This document shows, one piece after another, positions 9,570 through 19,964 of a stretch of DNA of 64,000 nt. A program made the position numbers and the translations under genes. This DNA is from an uncultured Candidatus Rokubacteria bacterium. Lineage in GTDB: Bacteria; Methylomirabilota; Methylomirabilia; Rokubacteriales; CSP1-6. The stretch covers positions 1,856,001 to 1,920,000 of the forward strand of contig CAVYTA010000006.1 of the NCBI GenBank assembly GCA_963771355.1, read 5' to 3'. The notes beneath the pieces were generated by a model. It was not told the origin of the DNA, ran no database searches, and saw nothing but the letters and a program-made list of their open reading frames with translations. The stretch's first letter is position 1. Each line of letters starts with the position of its first letter.

Positions 9570-10556
9570 CTACTTCGCCAGTCCGGCCTCCTTGAAGTAC
9601 TTCTCCGCCCCGGGATGGATGGGCATGCCGTGGCTCTCCGCCATCTGCTTGGGAGTGACGCCCTTCATGGCCGCGGTGACGCGCCCGAAGTCCTCGCGCC
9701 CTTCGACGATGGCCTTGGTGATCTTGTACACGACGTCGGCCGGCGTCTTGGCATGCGCGATGAGGATGGTGGGGGACTGGAAGGTGACCACGTCCTCTTC
9801 GATGCCGTAGGAGCCGTAGGTGGCCTTGGGGATGACGTGGCGCACGAAGCCGGGATTGATCTGGCGGAGCTTCTCGAGAACGTCGTCGGGCACCGACACC
9901 ATGCGGAGCTTGAGCGAGGTGCCGAGATCGAGCATGAACGCGGCGGGCACGGTGGTGAACCAGCCCATGGCGATGGCTTGCCGGTTGCGGATGGCCTCGG
10001 CGTTCTCGGTGATGGAGCCGTAGCTCTTGGTGCCGAGATCCTCGAGCTTCATCCCGTACGCGCGCAGCAGCAGCTCCCAGCCCTCGGCCAGGCTGGTGTT
10101 CCCCCGCGGGGGCAGCGCCACCGCCTTGCCCTTGAGGTCGGGGAACTTGAGGATGTCGGCCGAGGCCGGCGCCACCAGCTGCCAGACGTTGGGATAGTAG
10201 TTGGCCACGAAGAGCGGCTTGTCGGTCTGCTTACCCTTCCAGGAGTTGGTGCCGGCCCGCGCGTCCGAGAGCACGGTGGTCATGGACCAGCCCAGATCGG
10301 TCTTGTCGTTGCGCATCTTCTCCATGTTCACCAGCGCGGCGCCGGGCTCCACCTGCACATCGATCTCGGGGAACTTCCGCTTGATCACCTCGGCGGTGGC
10401 GGCGGCCATCGGCGTCCAGCTCCCGCCGGTGGGGCCGGCGGAGAAGACGAGGTTGACCTTGTTCTGGGCGGCGGCGGGCGCCGGTACCCCCGCGAGGAGC
10501 ACGAGGGCGGCGGCCACCAGCGAGTACATACGCACGCAAACCTTCAGATCCAGCAT
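9570..10556 (-). CDS. TAXI family TRAP solute-binding subunit
   Basis: Signal peptide, AGPTGGSW, DLKGKAV, C-terminal PIHPGAEKYFKE. Confidence 0.92.
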   Translation of the reverse strand: MLDLKVCVRMYSLVAAALVLLAGVPAPAAAQNKVNLVFSAGPTGGSWTPMAAATAEVIKRKFPEIDVQVEPGAALVNMEKMRNDKTDLGWSMTTVLSDARAGTNSWKGKQTDKPLFVANYYPNVWQLVAPASADILKFPDLKGKAVALPPRGNTSLAEGWELLLRAYGMKLEDLGTKSYGSITENAEAIRNRQAIAMGWFTTVPAAFMLDLGTSLKLRMVSVPDDVLEKLRQINPGFVRHVIPKATYGSYGIEEDVVTFQSPTILIAHAKTPADVVYKITKAIVEGREDFGRVTAAMKGVTPKQMAESHGMPIHPGAEKYFKEAGLAK

Positions 10557-10587
10557 GAGCGAACCCCCTTGTTCACGAGTGAGAACG

Positions 10588-11841
10588 TCAGTGAGCGAGC
10601 AGCGGCGCGATCCGGCCGCCGGCGTCGAAGCCGAGCGGGCGCGCCTCGCCCACGACCTCGAGGTCGGGGCGCTTGGCAATGTCGGGCAGGAAGGCTTCGG
10701 AGCATTCGATCTCGCCGAGCACGAGGGTGTTCTTGATCCGGATCACCCGGGCTTGCTCGGGCGCGGTGAGGCCGATGCAGGACAGCGCGGTCTCCACCGC
10801 CTCGCGGTCGGAGTCGAAGGTGGCCGGAATCTTCGCCCCATTGGGCGTGCAGGCGGTGATGCAGTTGATCAGCGTCGGCTTCATGTCGATCTTGTCCACC
10901 AGCCGGCGCGTGGCGAAGTCCGCGTTGCCGATGCCGGTGGCGTTCCCGGAGCTGTCGTCGGTGAGATCGAGCGCCACGATCCAGAGGATCCTGGGATCAT
11001 TGGGAAACGGCTCGTGCGGGTTGGAGGGCCGCCCGATCACGTTGGTGTCCATCCCCGCTCCCGAGATGTTCTTGCCCATCTCCTCCACCACCAGGACGTC
11101 GATGGGCGAAAAGGGCAGGCGCGCCATCCACTCCCGCGCCTCCTTCAGCAGGCGCCGCTCCCCCGCCTCGAGGTCCGCGGCGGGGAAGGCCTCCACCTTG
11201 GCGGTCTCGTCGTAGCCATTCTCGACGATGCCCAGCCCGAAGCCGATGCGGGCCTTGGCCAGCACCTCGCGGCCCACCGCGGTGATGACGGTCTCGTAGC
11301 CGTGGGTGACGTTGGCGCGATGGTACTGGGTGGCGCCCTTGAGCTTGCCCAGCCCGATGGTCATCATCTTGAAGAGCCCGGACTCGATGGAACCCTTGAA
11401 GTCGGTGTGCGGCTTGACGCGGTTCACGAGACCGATCCAGTCCGCCTCGCTGGCCACGCGGTCCACCCAGACCGGCAGGTCGAGCGCCTGCCCGATCTGC
11501 ACGACCTCCATGGAGGCTCGGAGCTCGCAGCCCATGGTGGGCTCGGTGATGCCGTAGTGCGCCAGGACGTCGAGCTGCCCCTCCGCGGTGGCGCCCCCGT
11601 GGCTGCCCATGGCGGGGAAGACGAAGGGGTGGGCACCGATATTCTTGAGATGGTCCACGGTGGCCCGCACGATGGTCGCGATGTTCGCGATACCCCGGCT
11701 GCCCGCGCCCACCGCGACCGTATCGCCGCGCCGTATCGGGAGGGGGGCGCCGGCGAGCGCCGATCGGACGGCCCCGGGGATATCCGCCAATCGGGGACCC
11801 GTGAAGGATTGGCGCACCTTTACCATCCTGGGGAGGGCCAT
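10588..11841 (-). CDS. Lactate racemase (LarA/DUF2088)-like, putative nickel-pincer isomerase
   Basis: GSRGIAN, PAMGSHGGATAEGQ, NRVKPHTDF, ESGLFKM, GKNISGAGMDTNVIGR. Confidence 0.75.
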   Translation of the reverse strand: MALPRMVKVRQSFTGPRLADIPGAVRSALAGAPLPIRRGDTVAVGAGSRGIANIATIVRATVDHLKNIGAHPFVFPAMGSHGGATAEGQLDVLAHYGITEPTMGCELRASMEVVQIGQALDLPVWVDRVASEADWIGLVNRVKPHTDFKGSIESGLFKMMTIGLGKLKGATQYHRANVTHGYETVITAVGREVLAKARIGFGLGIVENGYDETAKVEAFPAADLEAGERRLLKEAREWMARLPFSPIDVLVVEEMGKNISGAGMDTNVIGRPSNPHEPFPNDPRILWIVALDLTDDSSGNATGIGNADFATRRLVDKIDMKPTLINCITACTPNGAKIPATFDSDREAVETALSCIGLTAPEQARVIRIKNTLVLGEIECSEAFLPDIAKRPDLEVVGEARPLGFDAGGRIAPLLAH

Positions 11842-11849
11842 CGCGGGCG

Positions 11850-11912
11850 ATCTTACGCAAGGGGGGGGAGCCTGTCAATGTCCTTGACTTTGCAGAGGTC
11901 TGACCTTACCTT
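11850..11912. promoter_or_regulatory. Back-to-back divergent sigma70 promoters
   Basis: Minus: TTGACA(11878-11873)-17-TAAGAT, 8 nt before ATG. Plus: TTGACT(11884)-17-TACCTT, 10 nt before ATG. Confidence 0.6.
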
Positions 11913-11922
11913 TCACGCACAA

Positions 11923-12708
11923 ATGCACGCCCCGTTCCGAATGTTCCCGGTCGCAGTCCTCTCCCTGACGCTGCTGCTCGGAGGCTGTTCCTCCGTCGGT
12001 GGATGGGTGGCGGACCTCTTCAAGACTCCGCCGACGCCGCTGCCCCCGGCCGCCGAGCTCTACGCGACGGGCGAGCTCGAGATGACCAAGAAGCGGTATG
12101 AGGACGCGCGCCTGCCGTTCCGCAAAGTGGTGGAGCGGCACCCGCAGTCCAGCTACGCCCCGCGGGCACGCTTCCTCATCGGCGAGGCCTATTACCGCGA
12201 GGGTGAGTTCGACAAGGCCATCAAGGAGTTCGAGTCCTTCCTCGCCTTCTTCCCCCGCCACGAGATCTCCGACCTGGTCCAGTACCGGCTCGCCATGAGC
12301 TACTACGACCAGATGAAGCCGGTGGAGCAGGACCAGTCCATCACCGCGAAGGCGGGCGATCAGTTCCGCAAGCTGGTGCGGGAGTACCCGGACAGCCGCT
12401 ACGCCTCGGACGCACTTTCCAAGATCGAGATCTGCCGCGGCCGGCTCGCTCAGAAGGAGCTGTGGATCGCCGCCTACTACATCAACCAGGGCAATGCGCC
12501 GGCGGCACGTCAGCGTCTCGAGCTCGTGCTGCGGGAATATTCGCGCACGCTGGTGGTGCCGGAGGCGCTCTACCGCTTGGCCGACGTGGACACCCAGGAA
12601 GGCCGCCACCAGGACGCCCGCGGCCGGCTGGAGCGCCTGGCCAACGAGTTCCCCTACACGGAATGGGGGCGGCGCGCGGCGCAGCGCCTCCGGACCGCCG
12701 CGAGGTAG
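11923..12708 (+). CDS. bamD: Outer membrane protein assembly factor BamD
   Basis: Lipobox LGGC, TPR helices, DQ..T..A..F..LVREYPDSRYA, LAQKELWIAAYY; start may be 11941. Confidence 0.88.
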   Translation: MHAPFRMFPVAVLSLTLLLGGCSSVGGWVADLFKTPPTPLPPAAELYATGELEMTKKRYEDARLPFRKVVERHPQSSYAPRARFLIGEAYYREGEFDKAIKEFESFLAFFPRHEISDLVQYRLAMSYYDQMKPVEQDQSITAKAGDQFRKLVREYPDSRYASDALSKIEICRGRLAQKELWIAAYYINQGNAPAARQRLELVLREYSRTLVVPEALYRLADVDTQEGRHQDARGRLERLANEFPYTEWGRRAAQRLRTAAR

Positions 12709-12713
12709 CCCGG

Positions 12714-13754
12714 ATGCACGACATCGTCGAGCTGCGATCGGACACGTTCACGCTCCCCAGCCCGGCGATGCGCGAGGCCATGGCGCAGGCCCAGGTCGGC
12801 GACGACGTGTGGGAGGAAGATCCCACCGTCCAGCGCCTCGAGGCGCTGGCGGCCCGGCGGACGGGGAAGGAGGCCGGACTCTTTGTGGCTTCCGGGACCC
12901 AGGGCAACCTCGTTTCCATCCTCGCGCAGACCGAGCCCGGCCAGGAGATCCTCCTCGACGCCGATTGCCACGTGTTCGGCTCGGAGGTGGGCGGCGCGGC
13001 GCGACTGGGCGGGCTGCAGACCCGCGCGCTCGTCACCGAGCGTGGCTTCCTCACCCCGGCCCAGGTGCGCGACTCCGTCCGCCCCAGCAATATCCACCTG
13101 CCCGTCACCGGCCTCGTCTGCATCGAGAACACGCACAATCGCCACGGGGGCACCTGCTGCACCCCCGAGGAGATCGCCGCGCTGGCGACGGCCGCCCATG
13201 CCGCCGGCGTGCCCGTGCACCTGGACGGCGCCCGCATCTTCAACGCCGCGGTGGCGCACAAACGCCCGGTGGACGACTTCACCCGGCCGGTGGACTCTCT
13301 CACCTTCTGCCTGTCCAAGGGCCTGGGGGCGCCGGTGGGATCGGTCATCTGCGGCCGGCGCGACTTCATCGCGCGGGCCCGGCGTGTGCGCAAGATGATC
13401 GGGGGCGGGATGCGGCAGGCGGGCGTGCTCGCCGCCGCCGGGATCGTGGCCCTCGAGACCATGGTGGAGCGGCTCGCCGAGGATCACGCCCACGCGCGCC
13501 GGCTCGCCGAAGGGCTCACCACCCTCCCCGGGCTCCGCGTCGATCTGGCCACGGTGGAGACCAACATCGTCCGTTTCCAGATGACCAGCGCCGAGCGCGC
13601 GACCGAGCTCGTCACCGGCTGCCTCGCCCGGAAAGTCAAGGTCCATCACGCGGGCCCGGCCGCGATCCGGTGTGTCACCCACAAGGACGTGGACGCCGAG
13701 GACATCGACCGCGCCCTGGACGCGTTTCGGGAGATCACCGCCGCCTGGCGCTGA
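12714..13754 (+). CDS. ltaE: Low-specificity L-threonine aldolase
   Basis: [44 protein letters not shown]. Confidence 0.92.
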   Translation: MHDIVELRSDTFTLPSPAMREAMAQAQVGDDVWEEDPTVQRLEALAARRTGKEAGLFVASGTQGNLVSILAQTEPGQEILLDADCHVFGSEVGGAARLGGLQTRALVTERGFLTPAQVRDSVRPSNIHLPVTGLVCIENTHNRHGGTCCTPEEIAALATAAHAAGVPVHLDGARIFNAAVAHKRPVDDFTRPVDSLTFCLSKGLGAPVGSVICGRRDFIARARRVRKMIGGGMRQAGVLAAAGIVALETMVERLAEDHAHARRLAEGLTTLPGLRVDLATVETNIVRFQMTSAERATELVTGCLARKVKVHHAGPAAIRCVTHKDVDAEDIDRALDAFREITAAWR

Positions 13755-13767
13755 GAGGACATCGCAC

Positions 13768-14745
13768 ATGGCCGAGCGTCTACTCGAAGTCAAGAACCTC
13801 AAGACGTACTTCTTCACGGACGAGGGCACCGTCCGCGCCGTGGATGGCGTGGACCTGCACATCGACAAGAGCGAGACGCTCGGCGTGGTCGGCGAGTCCG
13901 GCTGCGGCAAGTCCGTGACCGCGCTCAGCGTGATGAAGCTGATCCCGCAGCCCCCCGGCAAGATCGTGGAGGGCCAGATCCTCTACGACGGCCGGAACCT
14001 CGTGGACCTGCCGGCCAGTCAGATGCGGAAGATCCGGGGCAAAGAAATCTCGATGATCTTCCAGGAGCCCATGACCTCGCTCAACCCCGTGTTCACCTGC
14101 GGGGAGCAGATCGCGGAGGCCCTGCGGCTGCACGAGGGCCTGGGCCGCCGGGACGCCATGGACAAGACCGTCGAGATGCTCAAGCTCGTCCACATCCCCA
14201 ACGCGGAGCGGCGCGTGAAGGAGTATCCGCACCAGCTCTCCGGCGGCATGCGGCAGCGCATCATGATCGCGATGGCGCTGTCCTGCAATCCAAAGCTCCT
14301 CATCGCCGACGAGCCCACCACCGCGCTGGACGTGACCATCCAGGCCCAGATCCTGGATCTCCTCAACGAGCTCAAGTCGCGATTGAAGATGGCGATCATG
14401 CTCATCACCCATGACATGGGCGTCATCGCGGAAACGGCGCAGCGCGTGGTGGTGATGTACGCGGCCAAGGTAGCCGAGGAAGCCTCGGTGGCGGACCTCT
14501 TCAAGGAACCGCTGCACCCGTACACCCAAGGCCTCTTGCGATCGATCCCCAGGATCGACCTCGCCGCCACCGAGCGGCGCCGGCTCGAAGTGATCGGCGG
14601 CACCGTCCCGACCCTGCGCGGCGACATCGCCCCCGGCTGCCGGTTCGCGCCCCGGTGCCCCTTCGTCAAGCCCGTGTGCACCGAGAAGGACCCGGTGCTC
14701 AAGGAAGTCAAGCCCGGGCACAAGGTCTCCTGCTGGCTGTACTGA
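13768..14745 (+). CDS. dppD: Oligopeptide/dipeptide ABC ATP-binding protein (DppD/OppD)
   Basis: [33 protein letters not shown]-terminal Cys cluster. Confidence 0.93.
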   Translation: MAERLLEVKNLKTYFFTDEGTVRAVDGVDLHIDKSETLGVVGESGCGKSVTALSVMKLIPQPPGKIVEGQILYDGRNLVDLPASQMRKIRGKEISMIFQEPMTSLNPVFTCGEQIAEALRLHEGLGRRDAMDKTVEMLKLVHIPNAERRVKEYPHQLSGGMRQRIMIAMALSCNPKLLIADEPTTALDVTIQAQILDLLNELKSRLKMAIMLITHDMGVIAETAQRVVVMYAAKVAEEASVADLFKEPLHPYTQGLLRSIPRIDLAATERRRLEVIGGTVPTLRGDIAPGCRFAPRCPFVKPVCTEKDPVLKEVKPGHKVSCWLY

Positions 14746-14759
14746 GAGGAACGCACGCC

Positions 14760-15734
14760 ATGGCTGAGACGCCGCTCCTCCGAGTCAAGAATCTCAAGAA
14801 GTACTTCCCCATCCGCGGGGGCCTGTTCTCGCGCGAAGTCGCCCGCGTCCACGCGGTGGACGACATCTCCATGGAGATCCTCAAGGGCGAGACCTTGGGC
14901 CTCGTGGGCGAGTCGGGCTGCGGCAAGTCCACCACCGGGCGCTGCATCCTCCGCCTCATCGAGCCCACCGCGGGCGAGGTGTGGTTCGAGGACAAGAACG
15001 TCACCACCCTGGACAAGCGGTCCCTCCGCCACCTGCGGCGGGACATGCAGATCATCTTCCAGGACCCCTACGCGTCGCTGAACCCGCGCATGACGGTGGG
15101 CTCGATCATCGGGGAGGCCCTGGTCATCCACAAGCTCGCCAAGTCGCGGCGCGAGCGAGAGGAGCGGGTCGTCCATCTGCTGGAGACGGTGGGCCTCGGC
15201 GCCGACCACCTCCGCCGATACCCCCATGAGTTCTCCGGCGGTCAGCGCCAGCGGATCGGCATCGCGCGCGCGCTGGCGGTGAATCCCAAGCTCATCGTCT
15301 GCGACGAGCCGGTGTCGGCGCTGGACGTGTCCATCCAGGCCCAGGTCATCAACCTCCTGGAGGACCTCCAGAAGCAGTTCAACCTGACCTACCTCTTCAT
15401 CGCCCACGACCTCTCCGTGGTCGAGCACATCTCCACGCGGGTGGCGGTGATGTATCTCGGCAAGATCGTCGAGATCGCGCCCGCCAAGGAGCTCTACAAC
15501 AACCCGAAGCACCCCTACACCGAGGCGCTGCTCTCCGCGGTGCCCATCCCCGACCCGCAGGTGAAGCGCAAGCGCATCCTGCTGGAGGGCGACGTGCCCA
15601 GCCCCATCAAGCCCCCTTCCGGCTGCCGCTTCCACACCCGCTGCGCCATCCGGGTGCCGTCCTGCTCGGAGAACGAGCAGGTGCTGAAGCAGATCTCGCC
15701 CGGCCACTGGGTGGCCTGCCAGGTCCGCGCCTGA
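14760..15734 (+). CDS. dppF: Oligopeptide/dipeptide ABC ATP-binding protein (DppF/OppF)
   Basis: [43 protein letters not shown]. Confidence 0.93.
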   Translation: MAETPLLRVKNLKKYFPIRGGLFSREVARVHAVDDISMEILKGETLGLVGESGCGKSTTGRCILRLIEPTAGEVWFEDKNVTTLDKRSLRHLRRDMQIIFQDPYASLNPRMTVGSIIGEALVIHKLAKSRREREERVVHLLETVGLGADHLRRYPHEFSGGQRQRIGIARALAVNPKLIVCDEPVSALDVSIQAQVINLLEDLQKQFNLTYLFIAHDLSVVEHISTRVAVMYLGKIVEIAPAKELYNNPKHPYTEALLSAVPIPDPQVKRKRILLEGDVPSPIKPPSGCRFHTRCAIRVPSCSENEQVLKQISPGHWVACQVRA

Positions 15735-16627
15735 TCGACTGGTCGGGCATCTTTCACATCATGGCGACGCCGTTCACGGACGGCGGCGCGCTGGACCGTG
15801 ATGGGCTGCCGAGGCTGGTGGAGCGGGCGCTCGAGACCGGCATCACGGGCTTCACCGTCCTCGGCATCGCCGGTGAGGCACATCGCCTCACCGACGACGA
15901 GCGCCGGCAGGTGGTGGAGACGGTGGTCAAGGAAGTGCGCGGGCGGGTCCCGGTGGCGGTGGGCGCCTCCGCCTCCGGCACCCATATCGCGGTGGCCCTG
16001 GCGCGCATGGCGCAGGATTCCGGCGCCCAGGCTCTCATGCTGGCCCCGCCCACCGGCTCGCGGAACCTCGACGCGGTGCTCGCCTACTACCACGCGGTGG
16101 CGACGGCCACCCCGCTCCCCATCGTGCTCCAGGACGAGCCGGTGACCACCCAGGTGGTGATGCCGCCCGCCTTCATCGGGCGCGTCGCCGCCGAGATTCC
16201 CAGGGTGGAAGCGGTGAAGCTCGAGGAAGCGCCCACCCTGCCCAAGATCACGCGGCTGCGCGCCCTCTGCGAGCGCCGGGTGGCCATCTTCGGCGGGCTG
16301 GGCGGCTGCTACTTCTTCGAGGAGCTCTCCCGCGGCGCCGACGGCGCCATGACCGGCTTCCCCTACCCCGAAGCCCTGCGCGCCATCCGCGACGAGTTCG
16401 TGGCGGGGCGACGCGGTACCGCCCGTGCGCTCTTCTACCGGTGGCTACCGCTGATCCGGTTCGAGAGCCAGCCCGGCTCCACGCCGGGCACGTCGGTGGG
16501 CATCCGCAAGGAGATCCTCCGCCGGCGCGGGTGGATCGGCTCCGCCTTCGTGCGACCCCCCGCGCCGGCCCTGGACGCGGAAACCCTCGAGGAGCTCACC
16601 GAGATCCTCACCGCCGTCGTCGGCTAG
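15731..16627 (+). CDS. Dihydrodipicolinate synthase family aldolase/dehydratase
   Basis: [24 protein letters not shown]; the conserved N-terminus extends to CTG at 15731 (first ATG 15761). Confidence 0.85.
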   Translation: MIDWSGIFHIMATPFTDGGALDRDGLPRLVERALETGITGFTVLGIAGEAHRLTDDERRQVVETVVKEVRGRVPVAVGASASGTHIAVALARMAQDSGAQALMLAPPTGSRNLDAVLAYYHAVATATPLPIVLQDEPVTTQVVMPPAFIGRVAAEIPRVEAVKLEEAPTLPKITRLRALCERRVAIFGGLGGCYFFEELSRGADGAMTGFPYPEALRAIRDEFVAGRRGTARALFYRWLPLIRFESQPGSTPGTSVGIRKEILRRRGWIGSAFVRPPAPALDAETLEELTEILTAVVG

Positions 16628-16638
16628 GCGGCGCCCCG

Positions 16639-17451
16639 ATGCCCCGCCTTCCCGTCAACGGCATCGGCCTCTTCTATCAGGACCTGGGCGCTCCGTCCGG
16701 CGAGCCGGTGGTCCTCATCATGGGCTGGGGCGGCGATCACACCGCCTGGGCCTTCCAGATGCAGGCCCTCGCCGGGACCCATCGCGTGATCGCGCTCGAC
16801 AATCGGGGCGCGGGGCAGAGCGATCAGCCGGACATCCCGTACTCGATCGCCGGCATGGCGGAGGACGTGGCGGGCCTGATGGAGGCGCTCGGCGTGGCCC
16901 GCGCGCACATCTGCGGCGCCTCGATGGGCGGCATGATCGCGCAGGAGCTGGCACTCCGGTATCCGGCGCGCGTGCAAACCCTCCAGCTGCACTGCACGCT
17001 GGGACACATCGACCCGTACGGAACCTTGGTCGTGGAGAGCCTGCTTCGCGTGCGCGCGCGCGAGGATCGCGAGGAGTGGGCGCGCGCGATGCTGCCCTGG
17101 GTCCTCTGCCGGAAGACCGCCCGCGAGCGTCCCGAGTTCGTCGAGCTCATGCTGCAGCGCTCGCTGGACAACCCTTACCCCACGAGCTATATCGGGCTCC
17201 GACGCCAGGCCGAGGCCATCGGCGGGCACGACACGCTGGACCGTCTGCCCACGCTGCGCGTCCCGACCCTGGTGACGCTCGGCGCGGAGGACATCCTCGT
17301 CCCGCCCGCCTTCTCGCGCGAGGTCCACGCGCGCATCCCGGGCGCCGACCTCGCCGTGATCCCCGACGCCGGCCACGTCCACTTCCTCGAACAGCCCGAC
17401 GCCTTCAACTCGGTAATGCTGGCCTTCCTACGGAAGCACGCCGCCCGCTGA
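16639..17451 (+). CDS. Alpha/beta fold hydrolase
   Basis: DNRGAGQSD, GASMGG nucleophile elbow, D(ILVP) and AGH catalytic residues. Confidence 0.9.
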   Translation: MPRLPVNGIGLFYQDLGAPSGEPVVLIMGWGGDHTAWAFQMQALAGTHRVIALDNRGAGQSDQPDIPYSIAGMAEDVAGLMEALGVARAHICGASMGGMIAQELALRYPARVQTLQLHCTLGHIDPYGTLVVESLLRVRAREDREEWARAMLPWVLCRKTARERPEFVELMLQRSLDNPYPTSYIGLRRQAEAIGGHDTLDRLPTLRVPTLVTLGAEDILVPPAFSREVHARIPGADLAVIPDAGHVHFLEQPDAFNSVMLAFLRKHAAR

Positions 17452-17457
17452 CCCGCC

Positions 17458-17585
17458 GGCGCGCGCCGAGAAGGGTCCAGATGCAAGGCGGCGCCCGAGA
17501 TCCGCCTGCGAGGCGTACCCCTGGTACGTTGAGCAGGCGGACGAGTGGCGCCAACGAAGCAGATGGGCCCTTATCGGCGCGCGCC
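17458..17585. mobile_element. MITE/REP-like palindromic element (~128 bp)
   Basis: 27-bp imperfect terminal inverted repeats (23/27) plus nested internal stems (tccgcctgc/gcaggcgga, cgtacc/ggtacg). Confidence 0.6.
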
Positions 17586-18493
17586 TAATCCCAGAGGTAG
17601 GAGCGGGGATTGACGGGCGAGCCCTTCACCTGGATCTCGTAATGCAGGTGCGGGCCCGACGAGCGGCCCGTATTTCCCGTGAAGGCGACGACCTGGCCGC
17701 GCTCCACCTGCTCCTCGGCCTGGACGCCCACGCGGGTGAGATGGCCGTACAACGTCTTGATGTCGTTTCCATGGTCGATGATGAGAGTGACCCCGTACTC
17801 CGCGTGCTGGCCCGCGTAGGTCACGATGCCGGGGGCGGGCGCCACCACCGGCGTCCCCCGCACGGCCCCGATGTCGAGCCCGCTGTGAACCTCGACGGAG
17901 TCATCCTGCCAGGGCGAGCTGCGGCGACCGAACTCGGAGTTGACGGAGCCGCGCACGGGCCAGCGAGACGGCAGCGAGGCCAGCACCCGGCTCGCCTTAC
18001 CGACGAAGCGCTCCAGCGACCGGAGACTCTGCCCCTCCTGGGTCACCACCGCGGCCAGACGCTCGAGCTCGTCTGCCACCGCGCCGCCCTCGTCCCCATC
18101 CACGTCCTTCGCGGCCGTGCGCCCGCCGATGCCGCTCTCACTCCGCTCCTGGCCCGCGTCGGGCCCGAAGGGCTGCCAGATCCGGTCGTGGAGGGCGCGC
18201 CAGCCGTCGACCTCGGCCCGGACGCGGGCCACGCGCTGCTGGAACCCCTCGAGCAGCCGCTGCTGATCCGCGAGCCGGGCCTGGAGCGCGGCGAATTCGG
18301 CGCGGTGGACGCGGAGCGCGGAGTAGTCGTGGTACCAGGCCCCGCCGGCGACGAGGAGCAGGCCGAGCAGCCCAACCGCCACCGAGACCAACCAGCGGGG
18401 GGCCGGGAGCCGTATCAGCCGACTGCCATCGGGACGCTCCACCACGACGTGAACTCGCTCGGCCGCCTGCTTCGGTCTCTGCTGTGCGCTCAA
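17585..18493 (-). CDS. M23 family metallopeptidase with N-terminal TM and coiled coil
   Basis: HSGLD (HxxxD), TLYGHL, GNTGRSSGPHLHYE; TTG start. Confidence 0.92.
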   Translation of the reverse strand: MSAQQRPKQAAERVHVVVERPDGSRLIRLPAPRWLVSVAVGLLGLLLVAGGAWYHDYSALRVHRAEFAALQARLADQQRLLEGFQQRVARVRAEVDGWRALHDRIWQPFGPDAGQERSESGIGGRTAAKDVDGDEGGAVADELERLAAVVTQEGQSLRSLERFVGKASRVLASLPSRWPVRGSVNSEFGRRSSPWQDDSVEVHSGLDIGAVRGTPVVAPAPGIVTYAGQHAEYGVTLIIDHGNDIKTLYGHLTRVGVQAEEQVERGQVVAFTGNTGRSSGPHLHYEIQVKGSPVNPRSYLWD

Positions 18494-18720
18494 ATGGTCC
18501 TCGCCTCTCGGTGATGGCCGTCGTTCTTGATTTTCTCCCGGGACGCCGCTTGGGGGCGACGGGAGCGCTCGTCTTCGAGCGGACCAGGCACTGCCGGATG
18601 GGTGCCGGGAGGCCGTTTGCCCCTGCGGCTAGCGAGTTTGTAACATCGACTCCGGAGGGTGTCAACCCTGAATCGCCACGAATCGCCTCAGCTCTTGAGC
18701 CCATGCATCCGCTCGATTTG

Positions 18721-18750
18721 TTGACAGTTTTGACAAGGCAGGAGTATGAT
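18721..18750 (+). promoter_or_regulatory. Sigma70 promoter for alaC-like/hom operon
   Basis: TTGACA-18bp-TATGAT; a divergent TTGACA-17-TACAAA on the minus strand near 18638-18666 faces the M23 gene. Confidence 0.6.
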
Positions 18751-18766
18751 TTTCGGCGGGTTTCCC

Positions 18767-19939
18767 ATGGACGACTTCTACCGCATCAAGCGCCTTCCTC
18801 CCTACGTCTTCGCCATTGTGAATGACCTCAAGGCCAAGGCCCGCGCCCGAGGGGAAGACGTCATCGATCTCGGCATGGGCAATCCCGACCAGGCCACCCC
18901 CAAGCACATCGTGGACAAGCTCGTCGAGGCGGCGCGCAATCCGCGCAATCATCGCTACTCGGCGTCCAAGGGCATCACGCGGCTGCGCAAGGCCATCACC
19001 ACCTGGTACGCGACCCGCTTCGGGGTGGAGCTCGATCCCGAGACCGAGGCCATCGCCACCATCGGCGCCAAGGAGGGGCTGGCCCATCTCGCCCTGGCCG
19101 TGCTCCAGCCGGGCGACGGCGCGCTGGTCCCGAACCCCACCTACCCCATCCACTCGTACTCGGTGGTCATCGCCGACGGAGACCTGCGCTCGGTGCCGCT
19201 GGTGCCGGGCGAGGACTTCTTCGCCCGCCTCACCGAGACCGCGCGCCTGTCGTGGCCCAAGGCCAAGCTGCTCATCCTGTCCTTTCCGCATAATCCCACC
19301 ACGCTCTGCGTGGACCGCGACTTCTTCGTCAAGGTGGTGGCGTTCGCCAAGGAGCACCACCTGATGGTGGTGCACGACTTTGCCTACGCGGATATCGCCT
19401 TCGACGGGTACCGGCCGCCCTCCTTCCTGGAGGTCCCGGGAGCCAAGGACGTCGGCGTGGAGTTCGTCTCGACGACGAAGTCCTACAACATGGCGGGCTG
19501 GCGGCTGGCCTTCTGCTGCGGCAACCGGCAGATGGTCACTGCGCTCGCGCGGATGAAGTCCTACCTCGACTACGGCGTGTTCCAGCCCATCCAGATCGCG
19601 GGCATCGTGGCGCTGGAAGGCGACCAGAAATGCGTGGCCGAGATCAACGAGCTGTACCGCCGCCGCCGCAACGTGCTCGTGGACGGGCTCAACAAGATCG
19701 GCTGGCAGGTGGAGAAGCCCAAGGGCACCATGTTCGTGTGGGCGCCGGTGCCCGAGGCCTTCCGAGCCATGGGCTCGCTCGAGTTCTCCAAGATGCTCAT
19801 CCAGGAGTGCAAGGTCGCGGTGTCCCCGGGCATCGGCTTCGGCGAGTACGGCGAGGGCCACGTCCGCTTCGCCCTCGTCGAGAACGAGCAGCGCATCAAG
19901 CAGGCGCTGCGCGGCCTCAAGACCCTCGCCTCCCGGTGA
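18767..19939 (+). CDS. alaC: Class I/II PLP aminotransferase, AlaC-like
   Basis: [40 protein letters not shown]; typical position upstream of hom. Confidence 0.8.
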   Translation: MDDFYRIKRLPPYVFAIVNDLKAKARARGEDVIDLGMGNPDQATPKHIVDKLVEAARNPRNHRYSASKGITRLRKAITTWYATRFGVELDPETEAIATIGAKEGLAHLALAVLQPGDGALVPNPTYPIHSYSVVIADGDLRSVPLVPGEDFFARLTETARLSWPKAKLLILSFPHNPTTLCVDRDFFVKVVAFAKEHHLMVVHDFAYADIAFDGYRPPSFLEVPGAKDVGVEFVSTTKSYNMAGWRLAFCCGNRQMVTALARMKSYLDYGVFQPIQIAGIVALEGDQKCVAEINELYRRRRNVLVDGLNKIGWQVEKPKGTMFVWAPVPEAFRAMGSLEFSKMLIQECKVAVSPGIGFGEYGEGHVRFALVENEQRIKQALRGLKTLASR

Positions 19940-19964
19940 AGCGCCCCGGGGCGGCCATCCCCGC

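Noticed and set aside
6507..10736. 1409-aa + strand ORF and other very long ORFs (41642-44461, 56839-59589, 58058-60565, 60979-63690)
   Set aside because: Antisense or alternate-frame shadows of well-supported genes, expected in high-GC DNA; no recognisable motifs
10201..12708. 835-aa apparent BamD fusion
   Set aside because: The N-terminal part is the antisense of the TAXI and LarA-like genes; the lipobox and promoter place the real start near 11923-11941
15731..16627. Second true dapA
   Set aside because: Lacks GTTGE and the YN.P.RT motifs; the canonical dapA is at 42569
18494..18640. Possible c-di-GMP-I riboswitch in the M23 leader (GGCAAAC)
   Set aside because: Lacks the GAAA-tetraloop stem and downstream GCAAAG/receptor elements
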